64,000 bases of DNA, taken from positions 155,189 through 219,188 of IMG/VR virus record IMGVR_UViG_3300033388_007730. One strand, given 5' to 3'. Shown piece by piece: positions 29,407 to 39,005 of the stretch. Position numbers and translations under genes: made by a program. Each line of letters begins with the position of its first letter. Position 1 is the stretch's first letter. The notes below the pieces were generated by a model. The model was not told where the DNA came from. It made no database searches and saw only the letters and a program-made list of their open reading frames with translations.

Positions 29407-29778
29407 ATGAGTAGAACGTATCGAAGAGATGCAGTTGTATTAGACTGTAATTGTGGCGCACCTGTAGGATCTCATTGGAGATTTTTTTGGAGACCAGGAT
29501 CTATTACTCCTAATAGGGAAATAGATATAGAACTTAGAAGATCTCGTAGTAGAGGATTACCACCAGATAGAATGTGTCATTGTTGGACTAATAAACAATA
29601 TGATTTTTATTCTAAAAGAAATTACAAGAGAGATCATAAATCTTGGCGTAAATGTAACAGAACTTGGAAAAAGATTTATCAAAAGAAACGTAGAGCCAGG
29701 ATTAGAGCAGCAATGAGTCATAAGGATTATGAGAATATTCCTAAATTCAGAAAGGAAAATGACTGGAATTGGATTTAA
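29407..29778 (+). CDS. Highly basic Arg-rich protein (MSRTYRR...)
   Basis: AGGAG RBS; terminator follows. Confidence 0.7.
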   Translation: MSRTYRRDAVVLDCNCGAPVGSHWRFFWRPGSITPNREIDIELRRSRSRGLPPDRMCHCWTNKQYDFYSKRNYKRDHKSWRKCNRTWKKIYQKKRRARIRAAMSHKDYENIPKFRKENDWNWI

Positions 29779-29800
29779 TTTTCACCCTTCTCTAGTCCCC

Positions 29801-29835
29801 TGCCTCTCATCTCTTGTAGATGGGAGGCATTTTTT
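29801..29835 (+). terminator. Rho-independent terminator
   Basis: tgcctctcatc/gatgggaggca plus T run. Confidence 0.8.
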
Positions 29836-29859
29836 ATTTATAAATTTTATGTTTTTTAG

Positions 29860-29888
29860 TTGAAAGTGATTATTTTTTATGGTATAAT
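29860..29888 (+). promoter_or_regulatory. Promoter TTGAAA-N17-TATAAT ahead of sigma genes, probably leaderless
   Basis: ATG 6 nt after the -10. Confidence 0.65.
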
Positions 29889-29894
29889 ATCGTT

Positions 29895-30512
29895 ATGAAA
29901 GATGGAATAAAAAATGAAGAAGTTCTTTCAGAAGAACAACAAAAACTCATATCTAAAAATATGGGACTTTTAGATGCTTTTTACAAGACTGAGATAGGAA
30001 AAGGGTATATCCCTGATCAAAAAAAAGATGATTTTTTCAGTAATCTTCAACAGAGATTTTGTAATGCTGCTCTTAAATATAATGAAGATGCTGGGTTTAA
30101 GTTTAGTACTTTTGCTTATGGTAGTTTTATTTTTTGTGCAGCAGAAATGAAAAAAAAGCTTTTCAGAGACAGAAAAGTTTTTACTGGTAATGATAAGAAA
30201 TTTGTTTCATATGGAAAAAAATCTGTTTGGAATTCTATAAATGGATGGGATGTTGATTCTGTTATCAATTATGAAAAGGTAGTTAATCTTGTAAATAAAG
30301 TTCCTTTATCTGAAAAAGAAAGAACAGTAATTAATTTTTATTATTTTGAGGGTCTTACTCTTTTAGAAACAGGAAAAAAATTGGGACTCTCCAGACAAAG
30401 AATAAAACAAATAACATTAGAAGCTATTTATAAAATTAAGAGATTTGCTGATAGAAGAGATTATAGAATAGGAGATTTTGTTAAGTATGGTGAAGGGTTT
30501 GTAAATGGCTAG
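29895..30512 (+). CDS. Sigma-70-family RNA polymerase sigma factor (regions 2 and 4)
   Basis: AA.KYN...GFKFSTFA; LSEKER.VI...Y...LTL.E.G..LGLSRQRIKQI. Confidence 0.85.
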   Translation: MKDGIKNEEVLSEEQQKLISKNMGLLDAFYKTEIGKGYIPDQKKDDFFSNLQQRFCNAALKYNEDAGFKFSTFAYGSFIFCAAEMKKKLFRDRKVFTGNDKKFVSYGKKSVWNSINGWDVDSVINYEKVVNLVNKVPLSEKERTVINFYYFEGLTLLETGKKLGLSRQRIKQITLEAIYKIKRFADRRDYRIGDFVKYGEGFVNG

Positions 30513-31110
30513 ACCTTATGGAGGACACTATTTAACAGAAGAGCAGAAGAAATTAGCAGGAGATAATCTCCCTCTTGTCTGGTGGTTCATAAGTAAGTAT
30601 GCATTGACAAAAGGAGTTATTCAAGTTCATGAAATAGATGAATGTTCTGGTTATTTGATTTGGCATCTGTGTATGTCTGCTGAAGCTTATGATCCTGATA
30701 GAGGCGTTAAATTTAGTAGCTATGCTGTGAAAGGAATGTGGAGCGGATTACATATTTATTTAAATCTTAGAAATAAGCGTATTAATAGATTTATATCAAC
30801 TGACTGGACTATGCAGGGCAATGACGGAGCCATGTCTAATGAACCAGAATATAAGTCTAAAGCAGAGAGGACCATTAAGTGGAAAGATATTAAATCTTTA
30901 TTTGATATCATAACCATGAGTCCATTAGAAGAGCAAATTGTTTTCTTCACTTATGAGAAAAAATATTCTGCTAAACGGGTAGGAGACATTGTAGGTTTAA
31001 CAGGAGAACGTATCAGACAGCTTAAAGTAATAATAATTGATAAAATAAAAATTGCTGTTAAGGAAAATAATGTTTCGATAGAAGATTTTATTATGGATGA
31101 TAAGGAATAG
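30505..31110 (+). CDS. Second sigma-70-family sigma factor
   Basis: NLPLV, YDPDRGVKFSSYA, VG.IVGLTGERIRQL. Confidence 0.85.
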   Translation: MARPYGGHYLTEEQKKLAGDNLPLVWWFISKYALTKGVIQVHEIDECSGYLIWHLCMSAEAYDPDRGVKFSSYAVKGMWSGLHIYLNLRNKRINRFISTDWTMQGNDGAMSNEPEYKSKAERTIKWKDIKSLFDIITMSPLEEQIVFFTYEKKYSAKRVGDIVGLTGERIRQLKVIIIDKIKIAVKENNVSIEDFIMDDKE

Positions 31111-31843
31111 TATGGTTAAAGGAAGTCCATTAATACATAAAGGTGTTAAAACAAAAATTGATACTATAGGAGAATTGATATATTCTTATAGGATAGCAAA
31201 GGGATTAACTCAGGTAGATTTAGGAAAAGCTATAGGAACATATATAAGAGTATATAAATTTGAAGAGTTTAGTCCAATGATACTTAAATATGAAAAAGGG
31301 TATGCCTTGCCAGGTTGTCACAATATTTATATGTTATCAGAAGTTCTTGGCATAGAAAAAGAACCTTTTTTTAATATGGTTCTTAAAGAACATTATAATA
31401 GATTTATCGAAAAACATCATGAGAAATTTTTTCAAGTTATTAGGATGATGGAAAAGGGAAAAGAGCTATCATCTATTGATACACTATGTAGATATGTTTT
31501 CTGCCATGAAGGAAAATTGAAACATAATTTTTCTAAATCTTCTAAGATATTAAAAAATGCTTTTTGGAAAAAAAAGATTACTGATAAGATTACTTATAAG
31601 TCAATGGCTATTGAATTGAATAGTCGTGATGGGACGCGATATTATGATTACCGCGATCTTTGTAATATAATGCATGGCAGAAGATTACTTAGTTTAAGAG
31701 TCTTATTTGAAATATGCGATTATTTAGAAATAGAATCATTTAAATTACATAAAACAATAGTAGAAGAAAGAGCATTTGCTCATGCGGTAAATATGATGGA
31801 ACAATGGGAAATTTGTAAACAAGAAAGAAAAAATAATGGATAA
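31097..31843 (+). CDS. Tandem XRE-type HTH protein
   Basis: R..KGLTQ.DLG..IG, YEKG...P; second degenerate HTH. Confidence 0.7.
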   Translation: MIRNSMVKGSPLIHKGVKTKIDTIGELIYSYRIAKGLTQVDLGKAIGTYIRVYKFEEFSPMILKYEKGYALPGCHNIYMLSEVLGIEKEPFFNMVLKEHYNRFIEKHHEKFFQVIRMMEKGKELSSIDTLCRYVFCHEGKLKHNFSKSSKILKNAFWKKKITDKITYKSMAIELNSRDGTRYYDYRDLCNIMHGRRLLSLRVLFEICDYLEIESFKLHKTIVEERAFAHAVNMMEQWEICKQERKNNG

Positions 31844-32414
31844 AAAAATTACAATAATAAAAAAATTAACAGATTTCAAGTGGATTAATTTATTTAATGT
31901 GAAGTATACCAACGCTAAAGGTAATTTAGTAGATTGGGTCTTTGCTTCTCGAAAAAAAGATCCACTGGATTATGATGGTGTTGATGCTGTAGTTATTGTG
32001 CCATTAATAGATACTCCTGAAGGCAGAAAAGTAGTTATTATTAAGGAGTATAGAGTTGCGATAAGTGGTTATGAATATGGGTTTCCAGCAGGATTGGTGG
32101 AGGATGGATTCAGTGTTGAAGAAACAGCAAGAAAAGAGTTGAGAGAGGAAACTGGATTTGTGATAAGAGATCTTATTAGTAGAACTAATAAGATATATAC
32201 TTCTCCTGGTCTTAGCGATGAATCTTGTGTTATAGTTTTTGCAGAAGTAGTAGGAAATTTTAGTACAGATTATCAGGAAGCTACTGAAGATATAGAATCT
32301 ATGTTAATGGGAGTTGAAGAAGTAAGAGATCTCCTTGATGATCCTGATAAGAAGATAGGATCTAAAGCTTGGGGAGTTCTTTACTATTATTCTCAAATAG
32401 GAGAGATTAAATAA
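31836..32414 (+). CDS. Nudix hydrolase, ADP-ribose pyrophosphatase-like
   Basis: EYR, FPAGLVE..ARKELREETG, SPGLSDE. Confidence 0.88.
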   Translation: MDKKITIIKKLTDFKWINLFNVKYTNAKGNLVDWVFASRKKDPLDYDGVDAVVIVPLIDTPEGRKVVIIKEYRVAISGYEYGFPAGLVEDGFSVEETARKELREETGFVIRDLISRTNKIYTSPGLSDESCVIVFAEVVGNFSTDYQEATEDIESMLMGVEEVRDLLDDPDKKIGSKAWGVLYYYSQIGEIK

Positions 32415-32421
32415 TGCCTCA

Positions 32422-33195
32422 TTATAATAAGGTTATATTATATTTTCTATCCAGATGAATTGTGCTATTTTGATAGAGCCAATTCGTGAGTTTGTGGCAT
32501 TGTTTATTGCCACCAATAGTTAATCCTTTAGCTTTGCCTTTATTTTGAAGTTTTTTATATTTTATATTTAGTTCTTTGAAAAATAAATACTGTAGAGAAT
32601 TAAGAAATTTTTCTGTTCCGACAATAGTGATTTGAAGGTTTCTGCGATTTCCATTTTTTCGGTAGCATATACAGCCATCTCCATCGATATAACCTCTGAT
32701 AAAGTGATGTTGAAGATTATAATCTATATTGGGGAATTTTAGGGTGAGGCTTTTTCTTGGAGTGCAACCTAATTTTATGAGATCGTTGCATAGTTTATTA
32801 GAATAATATCTTACATAAACTGAGTCCTCTGTGTTCCCATAATGTAAATTTAGTTTAGATTTTATATGATTTTGAAATTTTTTAAGATGTTGGTCATCTT
32901 TAGTTGCTAATTTGATATTCAATGACATTGAGCCAGCGGTTGTGTCGCATATGGAACCATCTGCGAAAATAAAACCTAACCAGTATGCTTTTTTTTGAGT
33001 ATTTATTTTTTCGAAAAAATTATGATTAAATTTTAGTAAATATCTATTTATTCCTTCTTCTTTAAGTATTTTATGGATAATACCTCGATTGATTTGAAGT
33101 TGGGAGGCTATCTCAATAATAGTTTTGTTTATTTCTTTTTTACATATGGATATAATTTTTTGTTTTTCTACCGTTTTTATAATTTTTGTTTCTAT
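32422..33195 (-). CDS. LAGLIDADG homing endonuclease with N-terminal HTH; start non-canonical
   Basis: Frame open to 33228 without ATG upstream of 32928; KAYWLGFIFADG (upstream of the listed ORF) and FIRGYIDGDG. Confidence 0.75.
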   Translation of the reverse strand: METKIIKTVEKQKIISICKKEINKTIIEIASQLQINRGIIHKILKEEGINRYLLKFNHNFFEKINTQKKAYWLGFIFADGSICDTTAGSMSLNIKLATKDDQHLKKFQNHIKSKLNLHYGNTEDSVYVRYYSNKLCNDLIKLGCTPRKSLTLKFPNIDYNLQHHFIRGYIDGDGCICYRKNGNRRNLQITIVGTEKFLNSLQYLFFKELNIKYKKLQNKGKAKGLTIGGNKQCHKLTNWLYQNSTIHLDRKYNITLL

Positions 33196-33372
33196 AAAAA
33201 AAGAGTAAAATCTAATTTCTAAATCCGACTAAAGAAACCGATAATACTCTCATAATATTATTTATATGTTAGAATGCTTTACTGTCGGATTTAAGCGTTC
33301 TGATATATTAATATTTCGAGATTATTTGATAAAACCTTTTAAAAATTAAAAAATATTTTAGGAGATAGAAAA

Positions 33373-33609
33373 ATCCCTCATTATGATTACAAATGCTTAG
33401 GTTGTGGATATAAATTTGAAAAATTTCAAAGTATGAGTAGTGGTTCACTGAGAAAATGTCCAGAATGTAAAGAACTCAAGTTAAAAAGACTTATAGGTGC
33501 TGGTGGAGGAATTATTTTTAAGGGTCCAGGGTTCTATGCTACTGACTATGCTGAAAAGAAACCAGAGAAGAAGGTGGAGAAACCAAAATTTAAGAAGGGA
33601 CCAGCTTAG
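33373..33609 (+). CDS. FmdB-family zinc-ribbon protein with ATC start
   Basis: GGAG RBS then ATC-PHYDYKC..CG..FE..Q.M.....CPEC....L.RLIGAGGGIIFKG.GFY.TDY. Confidence 0.8.
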   Translation: MPHYDYKCLGCGYKFEKFQSMSSGSLRKCPECKELKLKRLIGAGGGIIFKGPGFYATDYAEKKPEKKVEKPKFKKGPA

Positions 33610-33639
33610 AAACTAATTGAAAAATAAATGGAGGTAATT

Positions 33640-33795
33640 ATGTGTTGGGAAGATGATAGAGATCCATTAATGAAAAGTCAAATGAAACAGAAAGATGTAG
33701 AAATAACTAATTTGAAGAAAAAGATTGAAGATCTTAAAAAAGAATTAGATGGTGCATGGTATACAATAAGAGCAATGGAAAGAGAACGAGAATGA
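33640..33795 (+). CDS. Small coiled-coil protein
   Basis: GGAGG RBS; ATGA overlap with next gene. Confidence 0.6.
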   Translation: MCWEDDRDPLMKSQMKQKDVEITNLKKKIEDLKKELDGAWYTIRAMERERE

Positions 33796-34658
33796 AATTT
33801 CCCTGGGATAAATATGAAGAGGTAGAAACAACAAAGAGAAATACTCTACAAATCTTCCTCACAAATAAATGTAACTTAAAGTGTGATGGTTGTTTCGCAA
33901 GGAATGTAATAAGTGGAGATGATAAACATATCTCTATAGAAGAGTATCATAGTGTCATATGTGATTTTATCGATAAGGGAGGGGAGAAAATTAATATGTT
34001 GGGTGGGGAGCCATTACTCCATCCAGAGCTTAAAAGACTGTTAAAACTCAATAAAACAAGAGGATTAAAATCTACTGTTTATACAAATGGCACATATCTT
34101 GAGAGATATGAGGAAAGAAATTTTTATGGTGCTAAGGTAAGAGTATCTGTTTATAACGTTAGTGAGGGTAAATACAAAAGCATTTTGGATCTACCTATTG
34201 TGAAATATCCTATTGAATTTTGTTATATGGTGTCTAAAGAAACTGAAGTTGTTGAATTATTAAGAGCAGCTGAGTATATAAGCAATAACTATAATTGTCA
34301 TACCTTTTTCATATCAAGTATCAGAGAATTAGATAATGATAGAAAAGAGTTTTTTGATGATACTAATATGACGATGCCTTTGATTGAGTATAAAGAATTG
34401 GTTCACAATTTTTTGAATGAGTATGATGGAGATATGGAAATTCATATTTCTAAAAGAGGAGTATTTGAGAGCACTAAAAACATAGCCGTGAATAAGTGTA
34501 AATTTGTAAATTATTTTATTGGCGGAAAAATAATTCAATGTCCTTATGATATAGTTAATGAAAAATATCAATCAGATTATGAGCTTGGTGAGAGAAACTG
34601 TCAACAAAATAATACTTGTTTAATGAGTAAAATAATAGTAAAGAGGAAAATAGTTTAA
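33792..34658 (+). CDS. Radical SAM protein
   Basis: CNLKCDGC, GGEPLLHP, YTNG; start taken at ATGA overlap. Confidence 0.88.
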   Translation: MKFPWDKYEEVETTKRNTLQIFLTNKCNLKCDGCFARNVISGDDKHISIEEYHSVICDFIDKGGEKINMLGGEPLLHPELKRLLKLNKTRGLKSTVYTNGTYLERYEERNFYGAKVRVSVYNVSEGKYKSILDLPIVKYPIEFCYMVSKETEVVELLRAAEYISNNYNCHTFFISSIRELDNDRKEFFDDTNMTMPLIEYKELVHNFLNEYDGDMEIHISKRGVFESTKNIAVNKCKFVNYFIGGKIIQCPYDIVNEKYQSDYELGERNCQQNNTCLMSKIIVKRKIV

Positions 34659-34668
34659 GGAGTGTAAA

Positions 34669-35670
34669 ATGAAATTGTTATTTGTAGTATTGATTAGCAT
34701 GTTATTCTGCGTATCTCTTAATGCGGCAGATATTGAACTAAGTGATATTAGTGGTGGTTCTGAGGAATTATTCAATTTTAGAAAGGTAGATGAAGGAGAA
34801 AGATTCTCTTTTACGCTTCGGCACAGTACAGGAGAAGTATTTGCTAAGAATATGCCTTTTGGAGCAAGGTTAACGAGTGTAGGGGAAGGAACCTGGGAAT
34901 TTGATTGGATACCTGCTGATGAACAGAGTGGAGAGTATACTATTGGATTCTATACCCACGATTCAAATAATTTAGTTTATAAAAACGTTAGAGTGCTGGT
35001 TGCTGATACTAAATTTATGATCACAGCACAGGAAGAATTCTCTTATCTGTTTACAGCAACTGATCCAGATGAAGATGATGTTGAGCTAACTATTACTAAT
35101 CTTCCAACTGGAGCTATATTTGTTGGGAGTCGTTTTAATCCTAAGATATTTTCTTGGACTCCCACTGAAGATCAGGTAGGTATTCATACTATGACATTAA
35201 TAGCTACAGATAATCCTTCAAGTGGGACTCCTAAACAGGATGTTAGTATAATAGAAATGAATGTTACGTTGCTTTCAAAAGCCTCTATGCCGTTTGATTT
35301 TAATAGAGATGGGATAATTAATATGATAGATTATGCGATTTTCTCTGAGCATTGGTTAAGGGGTAGTATTAGATCTGATGCTGTGGTTCCTATTACTATT
35401 GTGCCAACTGTTAGCGTAGTCACTACTGAATTAACTGAGGAAGAGAAACTAAATGCTGTGGTTGTGTATAAAGTAGCGTCTGGAACAGAGTATCATAAAG
35501 TAGATTGTATCTATTCAGTAGGTCGTTCAATACGAGGTACGATAGGAGAGTATAAGGCAGATGGATTGGAACCTTGTACTCGTTGTCAGCCAGATGATGT
35601 TAATTATGTGTTTTATTCTAAAAAATCAATAGGTGAAATTCTAAGAGATGCTTTACCTGGAGTTGAGTGA
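34669..35670 (+). CDS. Secreted protein with Ig/cadherin-like repeats, dockerin-like motif and C-terminal metal-binding domain
   Basis: Signal peptide; ATDPDED..LP.GA..FSWTP; DFNRDGIINMIDYAIFSEHWL; YH..DC...G..PC.RC.P. Confidence 0.7.
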   Translation: MKLLFVVLISMLFCVSLNAADIELSDISGGSEELFNFRKVDEGERFSFTLRHSTGEVFAKNMPFGARLTSVGEGTWEFDWIPADEQSGEYTIGFYTHDSNNLVYKNVRVLVADTKFMITAQEEFSYLFTATDPDEDDVELTITNLPTGAIFVGSRFNPKIFSWTPTEDQVGIHTMTLIATDNPSSGTPKQDVSIIEMNVTLLSKASMPFDFNRDGIINMIDYAIFSEHWLRGSIRSDAVVPITIVPTVSVVTTELTEEEKLNAVVVYKVASGTEYHKVDCIYSVGRSIRGTIGEYKADGLEPCTRCQPDDVNYVFYSKKSIGEILRDALPGVE

Positions 35671-35674
35671 TATT

Positions 35675-35997
35675 ATGCCTATACCACAATATTTAAGAGG
35701 TCTGGTTGATACTGATTTGTTAGTAGTAACTAATAATTTGTTTCGTTATATAAATGCAGAATTACGCGATCATGCAGCTGATTTTGTTGTGTATGGAGAA
35801 ATATCGGTAGATATCCGAGAGATGGATAATCATGAAGGATATTTTGATTTAGATTTTTTGAGAGGAAAATTTGGGATATTGAATCTAATGAAGAAGATTA
35901 TGGTTTAGTATTTACGGAAAAAGGGAAAAATAAGGTAATAGCAAGTGATGATGATGACAGTATAACAAGAAGTGAATTAATAGATTTAGAGGAATAA
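35675..35997 (+). CDS. Hypothetical protein; zero frame stops at 35908, -1 frame from T6 at 35854-35859 extends to ...TRSELIDLEE
   Basis: Extension stop directly abuts ATG 35998. Confidence 0.55.
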
Positions 35998-36942
35998 ATG
36001 GAAAGTATGTTTTCAGATATAAAAGTATTAGTTGTTGGGGATGTTGCTCTTGATAGTTATATCTATGGAGATACAGATAGAATTTCTGGTGAAGCTCCTG
36101 TGGTGATTGTTGATATAAATAAAAGAGTTAATTCTCCTGGCTGTGCTGCTAATGTTGCTGTTAATATTGCCAATTTAGGAGCTAAGTGTTCTTTGATAGG
36201 GAGAATTGGTTATGACTCAAATGGCACTACACTTTCTCAACTAATTTGGAATCAAGGTATTAATTTTCAACCTATAAAAACACTTGGTAGTCCAACGATA
36301 ACTAAGACAAGAGTGATATCTAAACATCAACAGTTATTGAGATTTGATGAAGAAGATATAATCTCTGTAGATGATGTTAATGAAATATTGTTGTGTAAGG
36401 AGATCGAAAGGGTTGCCAGAGATTGTGATATTATTATTATTTCTGATTATGGAAAAGGATTTTGCTCAGATGATATATGTAAAACAACTATAAGAGTAGC
36501 AAAAGAGAATAGAATAAAAGTTCTGGTAGATCCAAAAGGGATACAGTGGGAAAAATACAAAGGTGCTTATTTGATTTCTCCAAATGTAAAAGAATTAGCA
36601 CAGATATGTGAATGCACAGTTAATAATGATGACGATGAAGATGTTATTGAAGTAGGCAGAGGAGTTTATGATGATTATAATATGGACTATCTGTTAGTTA
36701 CTCGTTCTGAGAGAGGTGCTACTTTAATAAATGAAGAAATAGAACATCATATCCCTGCTGTATCAAAAGAAATTTTTGATGTATCAGGAGCAGGAGATAC
36801 TATGATAGGAGTGCTTGCTGTATGTTTGGCTAGAGGAGGTATTATTAGGAAAGCAATAGATATTGCTATAAAAGCTGCTGGTATTGTTATTGGAAAAGTT
36901 GGAACAACTCCAATTACTTATGAAGAATTATTTAAGGAGTAG
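35998..36942 (+). CDS. Heptose-7-phosphate kinase (HldE/RfaE domain I, PfkB family)
   Basis: VGD..LD.Y..G...RIS.EAPV, ISDYGKG, VDPKG, DVSGAGDT. Confidence 0.9.
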   Translation: MESMFSDIKVLVVGDVALDSYIYGDTDRISGEAPVVIVDINKRVNSPGCAANVAVNIANLGAKCSLIGRIGYDSNGTTLSQLIWNQGINFQPIKTLGSPTITKTRVISKHQQLLRFDEEDIISVDDVNEILLCKEIERVARDCDIIIISDYGKGFCSDDICKTTIRVAKENRIKVLVDPKGIQWEKYKGAYLISPNVKELAQICECTVNNDDDEDVIEVGRGVYDDYNMDYLLVTRSERGATLINEEIEHHIPAVSKEIFDVSGAGDTMIGVLAVCLARGGIIRKAIDIAIKAAGIVIGKVGTTPITYEELFKE

Positions 36943-36945
36943 AAA

Positions 36946-37548
36946 ATGTTATTAATTATAGATTTAGAAGCCACTTGCTGGGATAGAATTGAGAACAGAC
37001 AGAGAGAAGATATGGAAGTTATTGAAATTGGTGGTGCTCTGCTAATGGATGGACAAATTAAGCCAGAATCAAGAGATGATTATATCCCTACATTTTCAAT
37101 CTTTGTGAAGCCTAAAAAGAACCCGATTTTATCCGATTTTTGTAAGAATTTAACCTCTATTAAACAAGAGGATGTTGATGGTGCTAATCTCTTTCCAGAG
37201 GCTCTAGGATCGTTTCTATTAAACGTTGGCGTTTATTTGGGGGCAGAGTCCATAAGTAATATAATATGGGGTTCCTGGGGCAGATATGACCATAATCAGG
37301 TATCACAGGATTGTGCTCTTCATGGTCTTAAATATCCTTTTGGGAAGCATTGGAACATAAAAAGAGCTTATTCTGAGAGCAGAGGAGTTAAAAAAGGATT
37401 TGGATTAGCTAAAGCATTGAAGCAACTGGACTTACGATTTGAGGGCACTCATCATAGAGGAATTGATGATGCTATTATGATTTCTAAAGTAACTAGACAA
37501 GTTTTAGGTGAAAGTTATATGAGGTTTAAAAATGACCACTCGTTATGA
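36946..37548 (+). CDS. DEDDh 3'-5' exonuclease, ERI-1/KapD-like
   Basis: IIDLEATCW, E.IEIG, LS.FC..LT.I.Q, HRGIDDA. Confidence 0.88.
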   Translation: MLLIIDLEATCWDRIENRQREDMEVIEIGGALLMDGQIKPESRDDYIPTFSIFVKPKKNPILSDFCKNLTSIKQEDVDGANLFPEALGSFLLNVGVYLGAESISNIIWGSWGRYDHNQVSQDCALHGLKYPFGKHWNIKRAYSESRGVKKGFGLAKALKQLDLRFEGTHHRGIDDAIMISKVTRQVLGESYMRFKNDHSL

Positions 37549-37882
37549 TGATATGATTAGACGAGAAGAACGTGAAAGACTGTATTGGGCTAGACTAAAT
37601 GAACGTGATCTGAATTACAGGAATGAATACGAATGTCATCCTATTCCTTCACCTTCTACTAACGATATGGCTGCTGAACATATTCGTTATCTTGAGACAA
37701 AAATTGAAGAGTTGCAGAGACATATTTCAGAATTAGCAAATGTGAATTCTCAAACTATTTGGAAGAGAGATGCATGTAAAACAGCGGCGAAAGAACTGAA
37801 GGAGGAGAATGAAAAATTAAAAGAACAAATAAAGAAGTTAAATGAATATGATAAATTTGATATTATGGATTTAGAATTATGA
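37532..37882 (+). CDS. Coiled-coil hypothetical protein ending KFDIMDLEL
   Basis: GAGG RBS; shared motif. Confidence 0.7.
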   Translation: MTTRYDDMIRREERERLYWARLNERDLNYRNEYECHPIPSPSTNDMAAEHIRYLETKIEELQRHISELANVNSQTIWKRDACKTAAKELKEENEKLKEQIKKLNEYDKFDIMDLEL

Positions 37883-38451
37883 TTAGATTTGGAAGTGAAA
37901 TAAAAATAATGAATGCAGCATCAAAAAGAAAGTGGGTTGTACAACCAGTTGGTCCAGTTTCTTTATTTTATCAATATTTTAGAGATGTAGATCTTGAGTA
38001 TGAACCACCAGGAGCTTTACATATTCCTAAATTTGGAGATGTTAATTTTAAGATTTTAACAAAGTATTATTATAGAATTGATAAAGATGAGAATGATCCT
38101 AACTCTTTTTCTAGAAGAGTAGCTGCTTTTGTTGTTGATACTACAGAATATGGTCAAAAAGATCTTGAAATATTTTTATTTCCAATTAGTGTATATGGTC
38201 AGATAGTAGATGCTCCTGGTGCTGCTGGAGAATTTTCCTGGGAGATTACAAAAACAGGTAAGGCGATGCAAACTAGATACCATTCCCATCAGATGCCAAG
38301 AATACCGATTTCAGAAAAAGAGCAAAAAGTTATTGACAGTACTATGGAAGAGGTATCCGTATTAGATGTTATGACTCGTAGAATGAAAGTTTATACTACT
38401 AAGAGTTACACCACTTTTGATAGATTTGATATTTTGGATTTAGACGATTGA
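37879..38451 (+). CDS. Hypothetical protein (possible phage OB-fold SSB-like) ending RFDILDLDD
   Basis: EITKTG...TRY resembles phage SSB segment; shared motif. Confidence 0.55.
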   Translation: MIRFGSEIKIMNAASKRKWVVQPVGPVSLFYQYFRDVDLEYEPPGALHIPKFGDVNFKILTKYYYRIDKDENDPNSFSRRVAAFVVDTTEYGQKDLEIFLFPISVYGQIVDAPGAAGEFSWEITKTGKAMQTRYHSHQMPRIPISEKEQKVIDSTMEEVSVLDVMTRRMKVYTTKSYTTFDRFDILDLDD

Positions 38452-38525
38452 GTTCTGATGATTTCAATAGAGTGAACTACCTCGAAAAATAAGTTTAATA
38501 GATTTGAAGTTATGGAGATAGAGTA

Positions 38526-38969
38526 GTGGCGATTACAAGAGAAGAGGCTAGAGATGAATATCTGAAAAGAGTCTATAAGATTTTTTTGGAATGTGAAAAA
38601 TTTATAGATACAGCTCTAGTTAATAATTTCAATAAGTTAAAAGAAAGTGGTACATTAAATATAAGTGAAAAAAGAATAATGGGCTATAGCACAGATTTTG
38701 AATTTCAAGATAGATATAGAAAACAATTAGTCTCCCTTATATTAGAAAAATATTCTGATTGGAAGGTAGTTTATGATAATGGAATGGCTACATTTTCTTT
38801 TCATTATAAAGAAGAAAAAGAAGAAAATTTAATTTCTCTACTTACTAATTTAGAAGAGAGATTTAAGGGAATGGATATTGATGAAGATGATGATGAAGAG
38901 GATGATGAAGAAATATTAGATGATAGTTTTTTTGATGAAGGATATTCTAATGAAGATGTTCCTTTTTAA
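38526..38969 (+). CDS. Hypothetical protein with acidic tail ending EDVPF
   Basis: GGAG RBS, GTG start; RFKGMDID precedes tail. Confidence 0.7.
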   Translation: MAITREEARDEYLKRVYKIFLECEKFIDTALVNNFNKLKESGTLNISEKRIMGYSTDFEFQDRYRKQLVSLILEKYSDWKVVYDNGMATFSFHYKEEKEENLISLLTNLEERFKGMDIDEDDDEEDDEEILDDSFFDEGYSNEDVPF

Positions 38970-39005
38970 GAGGCAGAATAATGGATTAGGATAGCAGGTG
39001 ATCCG

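Noticed and set aside
24564-32414. Complete NAD+ reconstitution pathway
   Set aside because: No ADPR-PP synthetase or nicotinamide transferase/NAMPT gene is present in the window.
33220-33292. Inverted repeat aaatccgac/gtcggattt as mobile-element ends
   Set aside because: Only about 10 bp with no transposase or target duplication; may just be leader structure of the endonuclease gene.
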